Assembly (NCBI GenBank): GCA_044240185.1
Contig: JBIHZY010000001.1
Span: 1 to 33,003, forward strand
From: Solirubrobacteraceae bacterium
GTDB lineage: Bacteria > Actinomycetota > Thermoleophilia > Solirubrobacterales > Solirubrobacteraceae
DNA: 33,003 nucleotides
Direction of reading: 5' to 3'
The translations under genes were made by a program, and so were the position numbers. Position 1 is the first letter of the stretch, and each line of letters starts with the position of its first letter. The notes beneath the pieces were generated by a model. It worked only from the letters and a program-made list of their open reading frames with translations, did not search any database and was not told the origin of the DNA. Shown in pieces: positions 1-8,252 of this stretch.

Positions 1-585
1 GCCTGCGAGCGCGCAGGGCGCAGCCGTGCAGAGGTCGAAGTGGTGCTTGCCGCAAAGTACGTCCCGATCGCTGACAGCAGCGAGCTACTGGCCGCCGGGA
101 TCACTTTGATCGGCGAAAACCGCGCGCAGGACCTAGTTGCGCGTGCCGAAGCCTTCCCAGGGCAGTTCACGTTCGACTTCATCGGCGCGCTGCAGAGTCG
201 CAAGGTCAAGCTGATCGTCCCCTACGTCCGACTGATTCATTCGGTCGCCAGTGAATCGGTGCTCGCGCAGCTCGACAAGCACCACACCGAAGAAACGCGA
301 GTATTGATCGAGGTCAACGTTGCCGGAGAGGAAGAAAAGGCTGGTGTCGCGCCCGACGAGCTTGATCAGTTCATCGCCCGCTGCCCGGTGCCGGTCGTCG
401 GTTTGATGACAATGCCGCCTCTGGCCGCCGACCCAGAGCAGAGCCGAGCGAGCTTCTCGGCGCTGCGAGAGATGGCCAGAAGTCTTGGTTTGGAGCAGCT
501 ATCGATGGGTACAACGCAAGATTTTGCCGTCGCAATCGAAGAGGGCGCAACGATCGTGCGAATTGGCAGCCGTCTACTGCGTTAA
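1..585 (+). CDS. yggS: YggS-family pyridoxal-phosphate homeostasis protein (5' end outside the window)
   Basis: Frame 1 is open from base 1 ([20 protein letters not shown]...), so the gene starts upstream of the window. The alanine-racemase-N-like fold pattern ([48 protein letters not shown]) and the position just before sepF are typical of YggS/YlmE. Confidence 0.85.
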   Translation, partial: ACERAGRSRAEVEVVLAAKYVPIADSSELLAAGITLIGENRAQDLVARAEAFPGQFTFDFIGALQSRKVKLIVPYVRLIHSVASESVLAQLDKHHTEETRVLIEVNVAGEEEKAGVAPDELDQFIARCPVPVVGLMTMPPLAADPEQSRASFSALREMARSLGLEQLSMGTTQDFAVAIEEGATIVRIGSRLLR

Positions 586-638
586 TGGCGCGCACGCTTT
601 TCCCCGGCAAAACGCCGCTGCGCGGGTAAACTTGTCGA

Positions 639-1175
639 ATGGCTCTTAGCGATACATGGCACCGCGCGCTCGTTTACTTCGGCTTGGCCGAGGATCGCGA
701 CCCGTATGCCCCCGAAACAGGCTCATTTCAACCAGAAGCGGAGCTCGAAAGCCGCTACCGCGGCCGGACGAACGTAAAGCGGCTCTCGAAGCGTCGTAAG
801 AGCGATGAGATCGAAGAGATCTTCCCCGACGACGAACCACGCAGGGGCGCTGGCAAACCGCGTTCGGGCTCGACAGGTGGCGGTAACGGCGGCTCTGCCG
901 ACCGAGTTCACTTGGTGATCCCAAAGAGCTTCAATGACGCCCAGCAGGTTGCCGACAAGTTCCGTGATGGCATCCCGGTCGTGCTCAACCTCCAGTCAAC
1001 CGACTCTGAGTTGAGCAAACGACTGATCGACTTCACTAGCGGCCTCACCTACGGCCTCGACGGCGGCATGCAAAAGATCGCCGAAAAGGTCTTCATGCTC
1101 ACTCCGCGCAACGTTGAGATCTCAGCTGAAGAGCGCGCGTCGCTGATCGAAAAGGGCTTCTTCAACCAGAGTTAG
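639..1175 (+). CDS. sepF: Cell division protein SepF
   Basis: N-terminal amphipathic segment WHRALVYFGL, a disordered basic linker, and a conserved C-terminal core (VHLVIPKSFNDAQQVADKFRDGIPVVLNL ... FTSGLTYGLDGGMQKIAEKVFMLTP). Lies between yggS and yggT. Confidence 0.85.
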   Translation: MALSDTWHRALVYFGLAEDRDPYAPETGSFQPEAELESRYRGRTNVKRLSKRRKSDEIEEIFPDDEPRRGAGKPRSGSTGGGNGGSADRVHLVIPKSFNDAQQVADKFRDGIPVVLNLQSTDSELSKRLIDFTSGLTYGLDGGMQKIAEKVFMLTPRNVEISAEERASLIEKGFFNQS

Positions 1176-1224
1176 CTCGCGGCGCGCCTTCGCGCGCCCG
1201 GCCAAGCGGTACGGTTCGGGCACT

Positions 1225-1977
1225 ATGCGAATCGGACTTATCGGTAGCGGCAACATGGCTCGCGCTCTGGCCGTCGGCTGGAAGCGACCGGTTACTTGTT
1301 CGGCGCTGGAGTTTGAGCAAGCCGCGGCGCTGGCAACGCTCGTCGGAGGCACCGCTGCGGCAAGCAACAGCGAAGTGGCGGCGAACAGCGACCTAGTAAT
1401 TCTCTGCCACAAGCCGAAGCAGCTGGAAGAGGTGGCGGCCGAGATCGCAGGCCAGGCGAAGCTGGTTGTTTCGATTCTCGCCGGCGTCACAGTTGAACAG
1501 CTCCGCGCCGCCTACCCAGGCGCTCACGTCTTTCGGATCATGCCGAATCTGGCAGTTGAGATCGGCCAGTCGACAATCGGCATCGTCGACGACGATGCTG
1601 GCAACCCGGAGCTCTTCGCCGAGGTTGTCGCGCTGCTGGCCGAACTTGGCGACGTCGTGGCAATCGACGAGTCCGATTTCGCAGTCTTAACTGGAATTAG
1701 TGGCGTCGGGCCGGCCTACCTTGCGCTCGTCGCGCAGAAGCAGGTCGAAGCAGCCGTCGCGGAGGGAATGGACGAAGCGACGGCGAAACAGCTTGTCGGC
1801 TCGACGCTAAAGGGTTCAAGCGCTCTGCTTGTCGCCCGCTCCAACGACAGCGAGCAGATCTGCCGCGAGGTCGCGACGCCCGGGGGCGTCACCGAGAAGG
1901 GCCTAGCTGTGCTTTCTAAGCCGCTGAGCGACGGCTTCAAGGCTGCGATGGACGCGGTCCTCGGGCGGAGCAAATGA
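1225..1977 (+). CDS. proC: Pyrroline-5-carboxylate reductase
   Basis: N-terminal Rossmann motif IGLIGSGNMARAL and C-terminal PGGVTEKGL motif. The stop overlaps the yggT start (ATGA). Confidence 0.85.
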   Translation: MRIGLIGSGNMARALAVGWKRPVTCSALEFEQAAALATLVGGTAAASNSEVAANSDLVILCHKPKQLEEVAAEIAGQAKLVVSILAGVTVEQLRAAYPGAHVFRIMPNLAVEIGQSTIGIVDDDAGNPELFAEVVALLAELGDVVAIDESDFAVLTGISGVGPAYLALVAQKQVEAAVAEGMDEATAKQLVGSTLKGSSALLVARSNDSEQICREVATPGGVTEKGLAVLSKPLSDGFKAAMDAVLGRSK

Positions 1978-2291
1978 GCCTGCTCGCCGGCCTGCCCCTA
2001 ATGACCGCGAGGAGCACCGCCGCGGACTATCTTGCCGCGCTGGTCGACGTTTACACAATCCTGATCATCGCCTACATCCTCAGCTCGCTCTATCAATCGT
2101 TCGGCGGCAGAATCCCTTACAACCGTTTTCTGATCGGCGTGCTCGACTTCCTACGGCAGGTCTGCGAGCCCTACCTGAGAATCTTTCGGCGCTTCATCCC
2201 GGCGATTGGCCCGCTCGACCTCAGTCCGCTGGTTGCGATCCTCGTGCTGACGATTGGCGGCGGGCTGGTCGTCAGGCTAATCGCCGGATGA
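1974..2291 (+). CDS. yggT: YggT-family small membrane protein
   Basis: 105 aa with two hydrophobic segments and the pattern ...YTILIIAYILSS...CEPYLRIFRRFIP..G.LDLSPLVA typical of YggT/Ycf19. ATGA overlaps on both sides. Confidence 0.8.
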   Translation: MSLLAGLPLMTARSTAADYLAALVDVYTILIIAYILSSLYQSFGGRIPYNRFLIGVLDFLRQVCEPYLRIFRRFIPAIGPLDLSPLVAILVLTIGGGLVVRLIAG

Positions 2292-2779
2292 GCAACAAAG
2301 AGAGCGGCGTAATCGCGCTCGCCGGACTGACGGCGATCGTCGTTGTTGCGCTCGACCAGGTGACCAAGGTGCTTGCCCGAAACGCTGTTTCGGGGTCCGG
2401 CGGCGACGAAATACTCGGTGGCCTGATCACGATCGTTGACGTCCGTAACAGCGGCGTTGCCTTCGGCCAGTTGAGCGGTGGCGGCATCATCGTCCCGGTC
2501 TTCATCGGCCTGGCTCTGGCTCTATTGCTCTGGTACTTCCTCCGCCATCTTCAAACTCCGCTGATCTGGCTGGCAACCGGCCTTGTGGTCGGCGGCGCGG
2601 TCGGCAACATCATCGACAGGATTAGGGCCGGAGCTGTCAGTGATTTCATCAAACTGCCGCACTGGCCGGCATTCAACCTCGCCGACGCGGCTATCACGGT
2701 CGGTGTAATCGCGCTCGTTGTCCTCGTAGAGATTGACGCACGCCGGCAGCGCAGAAGCGGTACGGCAGATGCGAATTGA
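2288..2779 (+). CDS. lspA: Lipoprotein signal peptidase (signal peptidase II)
   Basis: Four hydrophobic segments. Conserved NSGVAFG and GNIIDR..G.V.DFI....WP.FNLAD motifs containing the catalytic Asp residues. Confidence 0.85.
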   Translation: MSNKESGVIALAGLTAIVVVALDQVTKVLARNAVSGSGGDEILGGLITIVDVRNSGVAFGQLSGGGIIVPVFIGLALALLLWYFLRHLQTPLIWLATGLVVGGAVGNIIDRIRAGAVSDFIKLPHWPAFNLADAAITVGVIALVVLVEIDARRQRRSGTADAN

Positions 2780-3662
2780 GGTCGACGCGACGAACGGCGG
2801 CGAGCGGCTTGACGCTTTGCTCGCTGTCCCGCTTGGTTCGCGCGCACGCGCCCAGCGCTTGATCGCCGCCGGTCAAGTGACCGTTGATGGAGAGGTTGCG
2901 CCGAAATCATCTAAGCCGGCAGCCGGCTCGGTCGTGGAGATCGACGAGAGCGACCTTCGCGAGATTCGGCCCGATGGTGGGCCAGCGGCCGAGTTCCGGA
3001 TTGCCTACGAGGACGAGTCGTTGCTCGTCGTTGACAAACCAGCAGGAGTCGTAGTCCACCCGGCGCGAGGGCACTCGACCGGCACGCTTGTGCAGGCGCT
3101 CGCCGGACGTGCCGCGGGGGGAGAGGACCCAGAGCGCCCCGGCATCGTCCACCGGCTCGACCGCGACACCTCAGGCCTTCTCGTGGTCGCGCGAGATGAA
3201 CCCACCCACCGGGCCCTGCGAGCCGCCATGTCGAAGCGCGAAGTGACAAGAGAATACCTCGCGCTCGTCAATGGTCGTCCGACTTCGCGGACCGGCACGA
3301 TCGACGCGCCGATCGGCCGCGACCGTCGCAACCGCACGAAGGTATCGCTCGACACCGACCGGCCGCGCTCCGCGATCACGCACTTCGAAATCGAGCAGTC
3401 ACTGCCGGAGTCGACGCTTCTCCGCGTGACACTAGACACCGGTCGCACACACCAGATTCGCGCCCATCTCGAAGCAATTGGGCTCCCTGTCGTCGGGGAC
3501 CAAAGCTATGGCGGTGGCCCGAGCTACGGCCTCAGTCGCCAATTCCTGCACGCCACAAGGCTCCGCTTTAAACACCCAGCTAGCGGCGCTGAGGTCGACG
3601 TCCAGTCGCAGCTACCGCCCGATCTTGGAGCGGCATTAGAAGCCGCAACCACGGCCAGCTGA
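2769..3662 (+). CDS. rluD: RluA/RluD-family 23S rRNA pseudouridine synthase
   Basis: S4-like N-terminus (GERLDALLA...SRARAQRLIAAGQVTVDG), catalytic HRLDRDTSGLLVVA motif and C-terminal GRTHQIRAHL. The ORF opens at 2733. I prefer ATG 2769 (MRIEVD...) because it gives the usual N-terminus and only an 11-nt overlap with lspA. The start is uncertain. Confidence 0.85.
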   Translation: MRIEVDATNGGERLDALLAVPLGSRARAQRLIAAGQVTVDGEVAPKSSKPAAGSVVEIDESDLREIRPDGGPAAEFRIAYEDESLLVVDKPAGVVVHPARGHSTGTLVQALAGRAAGGEDPERPGIVHRLDRDTSGLLVVARDEPTHRALRAAMSKREVTREYLALVNGRPTSRTGTIDAPIGRDRRNRTKVSLDTDRPRSAITHFEIEQSLPESTLLRVTLDTGRTHQIRAHLEAIGLPVVGDQSYGGGPSYGLSRQFLHATRLRFKHPASGAEVDVQSQLPPDLGAALEAATTAS

Positions 3663-3819
3663 CGGCTGGCGGGGATCGTTTCCGGCTACTATGGAGGCTC
3701 AATCAACCGCTACCCCGCGGATCAACGGATTGTCGGCCCTGCCCGCCACGCGCTAAGCGCGAAGTCGGGATCCAACAACTCGCTGCGGGTTTTATCCGAA
3801 GACAACCAAGGGAGTACGT

Positions 3820-4812
3820 ATGACCACCGCCACAAACGCGGTCGGACTGAGGCAACTGCTGGAGGCTGGAGTCCATTTTGGCCACCAGACGCGCCGCTGG
3901 AATCCGAAGATGCGCCGTTACATCTTCGGTGAGCGCGAAGGCATCTACATCGTCGACCTGCTCCGCACCGAGGTGCTGCTTGCTGAGGCTCAGGCCTTTG
4001 TCGAGCAGATTGCTCGCGGCGGCGGCATCATCCTCTTTGTTGGTACGAAAAAGCAGGCTCGTGATTCGGTCAAGGATGCGGCGGAGCGCGCTGGGATGCC
4101 TTACGTAAACCACCGCTGGCTCGGCGGTCTGCTGACGAACTATCAGACGATCAGTCAGCGAATTCGCCGGCTCCACGACCTTGAGGGCTACGAGGCCGAA
4201 GGCCAGCTAGCGCTGCTGCCAACGCGTGAGCGGATGTCAGCGATCGCCGACCTGACGAAGCTGCGCGCGAACCTCGGTGGGGTTAAGCACATGCAGCGCG
4301 CCCCCGACGCGATCTTCGTCGTTGACGTCAACGTTGAGGAGATCGCCGTGCGCGAGGCTCAGCGGCTGCGAATCCCAGTGATCGGACTCGTCGACACGAA
4401 CTGCGACCCGGACGGGATCGACTTCGTGATCCCTGGAAACGACGACGCCATCCGCTCATGCAAGGTGATCTCAGATGGCCTCGCAGATGTGATTGCCGAA
4501 GCCCGTCTCAGCTTCCTTGCCGACGAGGAGAAAGCGCGCGTTGAAGCTGAAGAGCAGGCCCGCATCCGCGCCGAGGAACAGGTCAAGATTGAAGCCGAGC
4601 AGGCCGAGCAAATGAAGGTCCAAGAGGCAGAGCGTCTTGCCGCAGAAGCTGCGGCCGTTGAGTTAGCGGCGGCGCAGCCACCAGAGGCGGCGGCCGCTGA
4701 AGAGGCGCCAGTCGCTGAGGAAGCCCCCGCTGCTGAAGAAGCCCCCGCTGCTGAGGAAGCTCCAGTCGCTGACGCGACGCCAGAGGACGCTGCGAGCGAG
4801 GAGTCAAAGTGA
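3820..4812 (+). CDS. rpsB: 30S ribosomal protein S2 with a long Ala/Glu-rich C-terminal tail
   Basis: LLEAGVHFGHQTRRWNPKM, the LGGLLTN motif, and a good Shine-Dalgarno (AAGGGAG) 6 nt upstream. About 95 C-terminal residues are low-complexity A/E-rich. Confidence 0.95.
   Translation: MTTATNAVGLRQLLEAGVHFGHQTRRWNPKMRRYIFGEREGIYIVDLLRTEVLLAEAQAFVEQIARGGGIILFVGTKKQARDSVKDAAERAGMPYVNHRWLGGLLTNYQTISQRIRRLHDLEGYEAEGQLALLPTRERMSAIADLTKLRANLGGVKHMQRAPDAIFVVDVNVEEIAVREAQRLRIPVIGLVDTNCDPDGIDFVIPGNDDAIRSCKVISDGLADVIAEARLSFLADEEKARVEAEEQARIRAEEQVKIEAEQAEQMKVQEAERLAAEAAAVELAAAQPPEAAAAEEAPVAEEAPAAEEAPAAEEAPVADATPEDAASEESK
4696..4767 (+). repeat. Four imperfect in-frame 18-nt tandem repeats encoding AEEAP(V/A) inside the rpsB tail
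   Basis: Read directly: gctgaagaggcgccagtc / gctgaggaagcccccgct / gctgaagaagcccccgct / gctgaggaagctccagtc, in the rpsB frame. Confidence 0.9.
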
Positions 4813-5411
4813 GCGAAGTAAAGGCGGCAGATGTGGCGGCGCTCCGCAAGGCAACCGGCGCCGGAATGATGGACTGCAAACAGGCCCTGACCGAAGCCGA
4901 TGGCGACGCCGAGCGCGCAACCGAGATTCTGCGCGTCAAGATGGGCAACAAGCTCGGCAAACTCGCCGACCGCGAGGCTGCCGAAGGCACGGTGCAGTCC
5001 TATATCCACGCAACCGGGACCGTAGGAGTGCTCGTCGAGGTCAATTGCAACACCGACTTCGTAGCCCGCAACGATGAGTTCGTGGCCTTCGCTCGCGAGA
5101 TTGCGATGCACATCGCTGCCTCACCGGCGACGCGCTTTGTCAACGTTGATCAGGTGCCGGCCGAGGAGCGCGAGGCAGAAGAACGCGTATTCGCGGAGCA
5201 GGCGGCGGACAAGCCCGAAAACGTGCGTCCGAAGGTCGTGCAGGGAATGCTCGACAAGTGGCTTGATGAGGTTGTGCTGCTGCGCCAGAAGCACGTAAAC
5301 GCCGATCGCTACGAAGGAAAGACAATCGAGCAGCTACGCGAGGACCTCTCGGCCAAGACAGGCGAGAACATCGTCGTCTCGCGGTTCGACCGTTACGCCG
5401 TAGGAGAGTAG
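4809..5411 (+). CDS. tsf: Translation elongation factor Ts (short form, 200 aa)
   Basis: N-terminal UBA-like VAALRKATGAGMMDCKQAL and the core EVNCNTDFVARN. The GTG start overlaps the rpsB stop (GTGA). Confidence 0.9.
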   Translation: MSEVKAADVAALRKATGAGMMDCKQALTEADGDAERATEILRVKMGNKLGKLADREAAEGTVQSYIHATGTVGVLVEVNCNTDFVARNDEFVAFAREIAMHIAASPATRFVNVDQVPAEEREAEERVFAEQAADKPENVRPKVVQGMLDKWLDEVVLLRQKHVNADRYEGKTIEQLREDLSAKTGENIVVSRFDRYAVGE

Positions 5412-5420
5412 CCTCCGTTC

Positions 5421-6143
5421 ATGGCCGACGAGGCGGTATTCCGGCGGGTCCTGATCAAACTCTCCGGTGAGTCGTTGATGGGTGAACTCGACTTCGGTAC
5501 CGACCCCAACCGGGTCAACGCAGTCGCGCAGCAGATCAAGGTCGTCCACGACCGCGGGATCGAGGTTTCGATCGTCGTTGGCGCCGGCAACATCTTCCGA
5601 GGCATGAGCGGCGCAGCGGCCGGAATGGACCGCGCGACGGCCGACTACATGGGAATGCTTGCAACGGTGCTCAACGCGCTGCCCTTGCAGGACTCGCTCG
5701 AGCGGATTGGCGTTCATACCCGCGTGCAGTCAGCGATCGCAGTCGCCGAGGTTGCTGAGCCGTATATTCGGCGCCGCGCGATGCGGCACCTTGAGAAGGG
5801 CCGCGTAGTGATCTTTGCTGGAGGAACCGGCAATCCGTTCTTCACGACCGACACTGCCGCCGCTCTCCGCGCCACTGAAGTGCGAGCCGAAGTAATCCTG
5901 ATGGCCAAGAATGGCGTCGACGGTGTCTACAGCGCCGACCCGAAGATGGACCCAAGCGCCGAACTGATCCCTGAGATTACGCACATGGACGCGATTCAGC
6001 GCGAGCTGAAGGTGATGGATGCGACCGCGCTGACGCTCTGCATGGAGAACGGCCTGCCGATCCACGTATTCAATATGGACGACGAGCAGAACATCGACCG
6101 GATAGTCTGCGGGAGCGCTGTGGGAACCTTGGTTAAGACATGA
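5421..6143 (+). CDS. pyrH: UMP kinase
   Basis: [39 protein letters not shown] and [10 protein letters not shown] motifs. Confidence 0.95.
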   Translation: MADEAVFRRVLIKLSGESLMGELDFGTDPNRVNAVAQQIKVVHDRGIEVSIVVGAGNIFRGMSGAAAGMDRATADYMGMLATVLNALPLQDSLERIGVHTRVQSAIAVAEVAEPYIRRRAMRHLEKGRVVIFAGGTGNPFFTTDTAAALRATEVRAEVILMAKNGVDGVYSADPKMDPSAELIPEITHMDAIQRELKVMDATALTLCMENGLPIHVFNMDDEQNIDRIVCGSAVGTLVKT

Positions 6144-6706
6144 GCGATCTAATTGACGAACTACTAGCCGACGCTGGTGAGCGGATGACGCTCACGGTCG
6201 AAAGCACGAACGCTGAGTTCGCGACAATTCGCACCGGCCGCGCTAGCCCAGCGCTGCTGGACCGCGTGATGGTTGACTACTACGACGTTGCGACCCCGCT
6301 CAAGCAGCTGGCGACGATCAACGCCCCCGAGGCGCGGCTCCTTACCGTCCAGCCGTTCGACATTTCCTCGATCAAGTTGATCGAAAAGGCAATCATCGAT
6401 TCGGACATCGGATTGACGCCAGGAAACGACGGCAAGCTAATTCGGCTCTCTATTCCGGAGCTCAACGAGGAGCGTCGCGCTGAGCTCGTGAAGGTTGTGC
6501 GATCAATTGCCGAAGAGGGCCGGATCGCGATCCGCAACGTCCGCCGCGACGTAATGCAGGATCTGCGCGAGCTGCGTGAGGCGGGAGATGCTGGAGCTGA
6601 TGATGAGCACCGCGCCGAGCAGGAGCTGCAGAAGCTGACCGACGCGAAGATTGCCAGCCTTGACACCCACCTCAAGGGAAAAGAAGCAGAGATCACTGAG
6701 GTCTGA
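6140..6706 (+). CDS. frr: Ribosome recycling factor
   Basis: [11 protein letters not shown], the IPELNEERR motif and IRNVRRD. ATGA overlap with pyrH. Confidence 0.95.
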   Translation: MSDLIDELLADAGERMTLTVESTNAEFATIRTGRASPALLDRVMVDYYDVATPLKQLATINAPEARLLTVQPFDISSIKLIEKAIIDSDIGLTPGNDGKLIRLSIPELNEERRAELVKVVRSIAEEGRIAIRNVRRDVMQDLRELREAGDAGADDEHRAEQELQKLTDAKIASLDTHLKGKEAEITEV

Positions 6707-7383
6707 TGACCGATCCCGCGGCGGCGGCGCGGTACGTCGCGATCATCACCGACGGGAACGGGCGCTGGGCCGAGCAGAATGGTCTGCCGACGCTTGAAGG
6801 TCACCGCGCGGGGGCCGACAACGTCAAAGCCCGGCTTCGTGACGCCGTCGAGTTTGGGATCGAAGAGCTGACCGTCTACTCGTTTTCGACTGAAAACTGG
6901 GCTCGTCCTGCCGCGGAAGTCGCTGGCCTGATGGAGATGTTCGCAGAGCGAATCACGAGCGAAACGCCAGAGCTAAAGGGCGAAGGCGTGCGGATGCGCT
7001 TCATCGGCCGCCGCGACCGCATCGGGCCGACGCTGTTGGAGCGGATCGAGTGGGCCGAGGCAGAGACGTCGAGCAATAATCTGCTGACGCTTTTCATCGC
7101 CTTTGACTACGGCTCTCGCGCCGAGATTGTCGACGCCGCTGCACGCTACGCCGGAGGCGGCGAGGAGGCATTCGCCAGTCTTCTCTACGCGCCCGAGATG
7201 CACGATCCTGATCTTCTGATCCGAACTGGGGGAGACGTTCGGGTTTCGAACTACCTACTTTGGCAGTGCGCTTATTCAGAGCTGGTTTTCCGCGACGAGA
7301 TGTGGCCAGACTTCGGCCGTGACGGCTTCGCCGAATCGCTTGCTCAGTTCGCGGATCGCGAGCGGAGGTTTGGAGGGCGATGA
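6706..7383 (+). CDS. uppS: Isoprenyl transferase (undecaprenyl-diphosphate synthase family)
   Basis: IITDGNGRWA, LTVYSFSTENW.RP, the LIRTGG..R.SN(F/Y)LLWQ motif and C-terminal RRFGG. Confidence 0.9.
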   Translation: MTDPAAAARYVAIITDGNGRWAEQNGLPTLEGHRAGADNVKARLRDAVEFGIEELTVYSFSTENWARPAAEVAGLMEMFAERITSETPELKGEGVRMRFIGRRDRIGPTLLERIEWAEAETSSNNLLTLFIAFDYGSRAEIVDAAARYAGGGEEAFASLLYAPEMHDPDLLIRTGGDVRVSNYLLWQCAYSELVFRDEMWPDFGRDGFAESLAQFADRERRFGGR

Positions 7384-8240
7384 TCGACGAGGACAAGACG
7401 GCGAGCGATCGCTCTCGAACTGGCCGCCTACGTTGGCTCGAGCTACGTAACAGCGGTTCCGACCTTACGGCGCGGGTAGCGACGGCTGTGCCGCTCGCGC
7501 TATTGGCGATCGCGCTAGTAGCGATCGGTGGTTGGATTTTCGCTATCGGCATTTTCGTTCTGGGCGTAATTGCGCTGCGCGAGCTGTTCTCGATGTTCGA
7601 GCGGCTGTCGCCGCCGATTTTTGCCGGCTTCGTCGGTTTGCTGCTGATTCTCGTTGCCGCTGAGACCGGTGGTCCGTCGCGTGTGCTGCTCGCGCTGGTT
7701 GTTTCGCTGGTCGTCGTCTTCCTGATCAGCATCGGCGACCACCAGAGCACCAGCCTGCCTGGATTGGCGCTGGCAATGCTCGGGCTGATCTGGATCGGGT
7801 TGGGCTTCGCCCACGCGATCATGCTTCGCGAGCTAATCCATGGCACAGCAATCGTCTTCCTCGTACTGATCGCAACGTTCCTCACCGACACCGGCGCCTA
7901 CTTTGGAGGGCGAGCCTTCGGACGGCGACAGCTAGCGCCTTCGATCTCCCCAGCGAAAACGGTCGAAGGACTGCTTATTGGGATTGTCGTGGGCACCGCA
8001 GCAGCGTGGTTCACGGGGCTCTACTTCGACTGGCTTAGCGGCGTCGACGCGCTTATTCTTGGCGCCTCCGTGGCACTGATCGCGCCACTTGGAGACCTCT
8101 TTGAGAGCTACGTCAAACGCGAAGCCGGCGTCAAGGATTCGGGCACGATCTTCGGCGCACACGGCGGCGTGCTCGACCGACTCGACGCGGTTTGCTTCTC
8201 GATTGTCGCTGGTTATTACGTATGGAGTGCGCTGCTCTAG
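7380..8240 (+). CDS. cdsA: Phosphatidate cytidylyltransferase
   Basis: Polytopic membrane protein with the CTP-transferase signature SYVKREAGVKDSG..FGAHGGVLDRLD. ATGA overlap with uppS. Confidence 0.85.
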   Translation: MIDEDKTASDRSRTGRLRWLELRNSGSDLTARVATAVPLALLAIALVAIGGWIFAIGIFVLGVIALRELFSMFERLSPPIFAGFVGLLLILVAAETGGPSRVLLALVVSLVVVFLISIGDHQSTSLPGLALAMLGLIWIGLGFAHAIMLRELIHGTAIVFLVLIATFLTDTGAYFGGRAFGRRQLAPSISPAKTVEGLLIGIVVGTAAAWFTGLYFDWLSGVDALILGASVALIAPLGDLFESYVKREAGVKDSGTIFGAHGGVLDRLDAVCFSIVAGYYVWSALL

Positions 8241-8252
8241 CGTGTCTTGCCG

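Noticed and set aside
1181-1198. GC hairpin GGCGCGC-CTTC-GCGCGCC between sepF and proC, considered as a terminator
   Set aside because: The stem is only 7 bp and no U-tract follows. GC-rich palindromes of this size are expected by chance in this composition. Similarly weak hairpins after rluD (3654-3670) were also not called.
3703-4176. 157-aa minus-strand ORF spanning the rpsB upstream region and 5' end
   Set aside because: It overlaps the highly conserved rpsB N-terminus in antisense, has no motif and no SD. The 157-nt rluD-rpsB spacer is better explained as the rpsB promoter and leader.
4696-4767. Tandem 18-nt repeats considered as a CRISPR or VNTR locus
   Set aside because: The units are contiguous with no spacers, in frame, and encode AEEAP(V/A) within rpsB. 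This is a coding low-complexity repeat, not a CRISPR array.
4359-5111. 250-aa ORF on the minus strand, antisense to rpsB and tsf
   Set aside because: It lies entirely inside two strongly supported conserved genes. It is a low-complexity Ala/Ser/Arg-rich translation typical of shadow ORFs in GC-rich DNA, with no recognisable motif.
4809-5411. The short (200 aa) EF-Ts, considered as truncated or a pseudogene
   Set aside because: Short EF-Ts forms of about this length are known in several bacterial lineages. The ORF is intact, has the UBA-like N-terminus and core motif, and is translationally coupled to rpsB.
7094-7891. 265-aa minus-strand ORF antisense to uppS and cdsA
   Set aside because: It is a shadow ORF opposite well-supported genes. 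The Arg/Ser/Pro-rich composition shows no domain signature.
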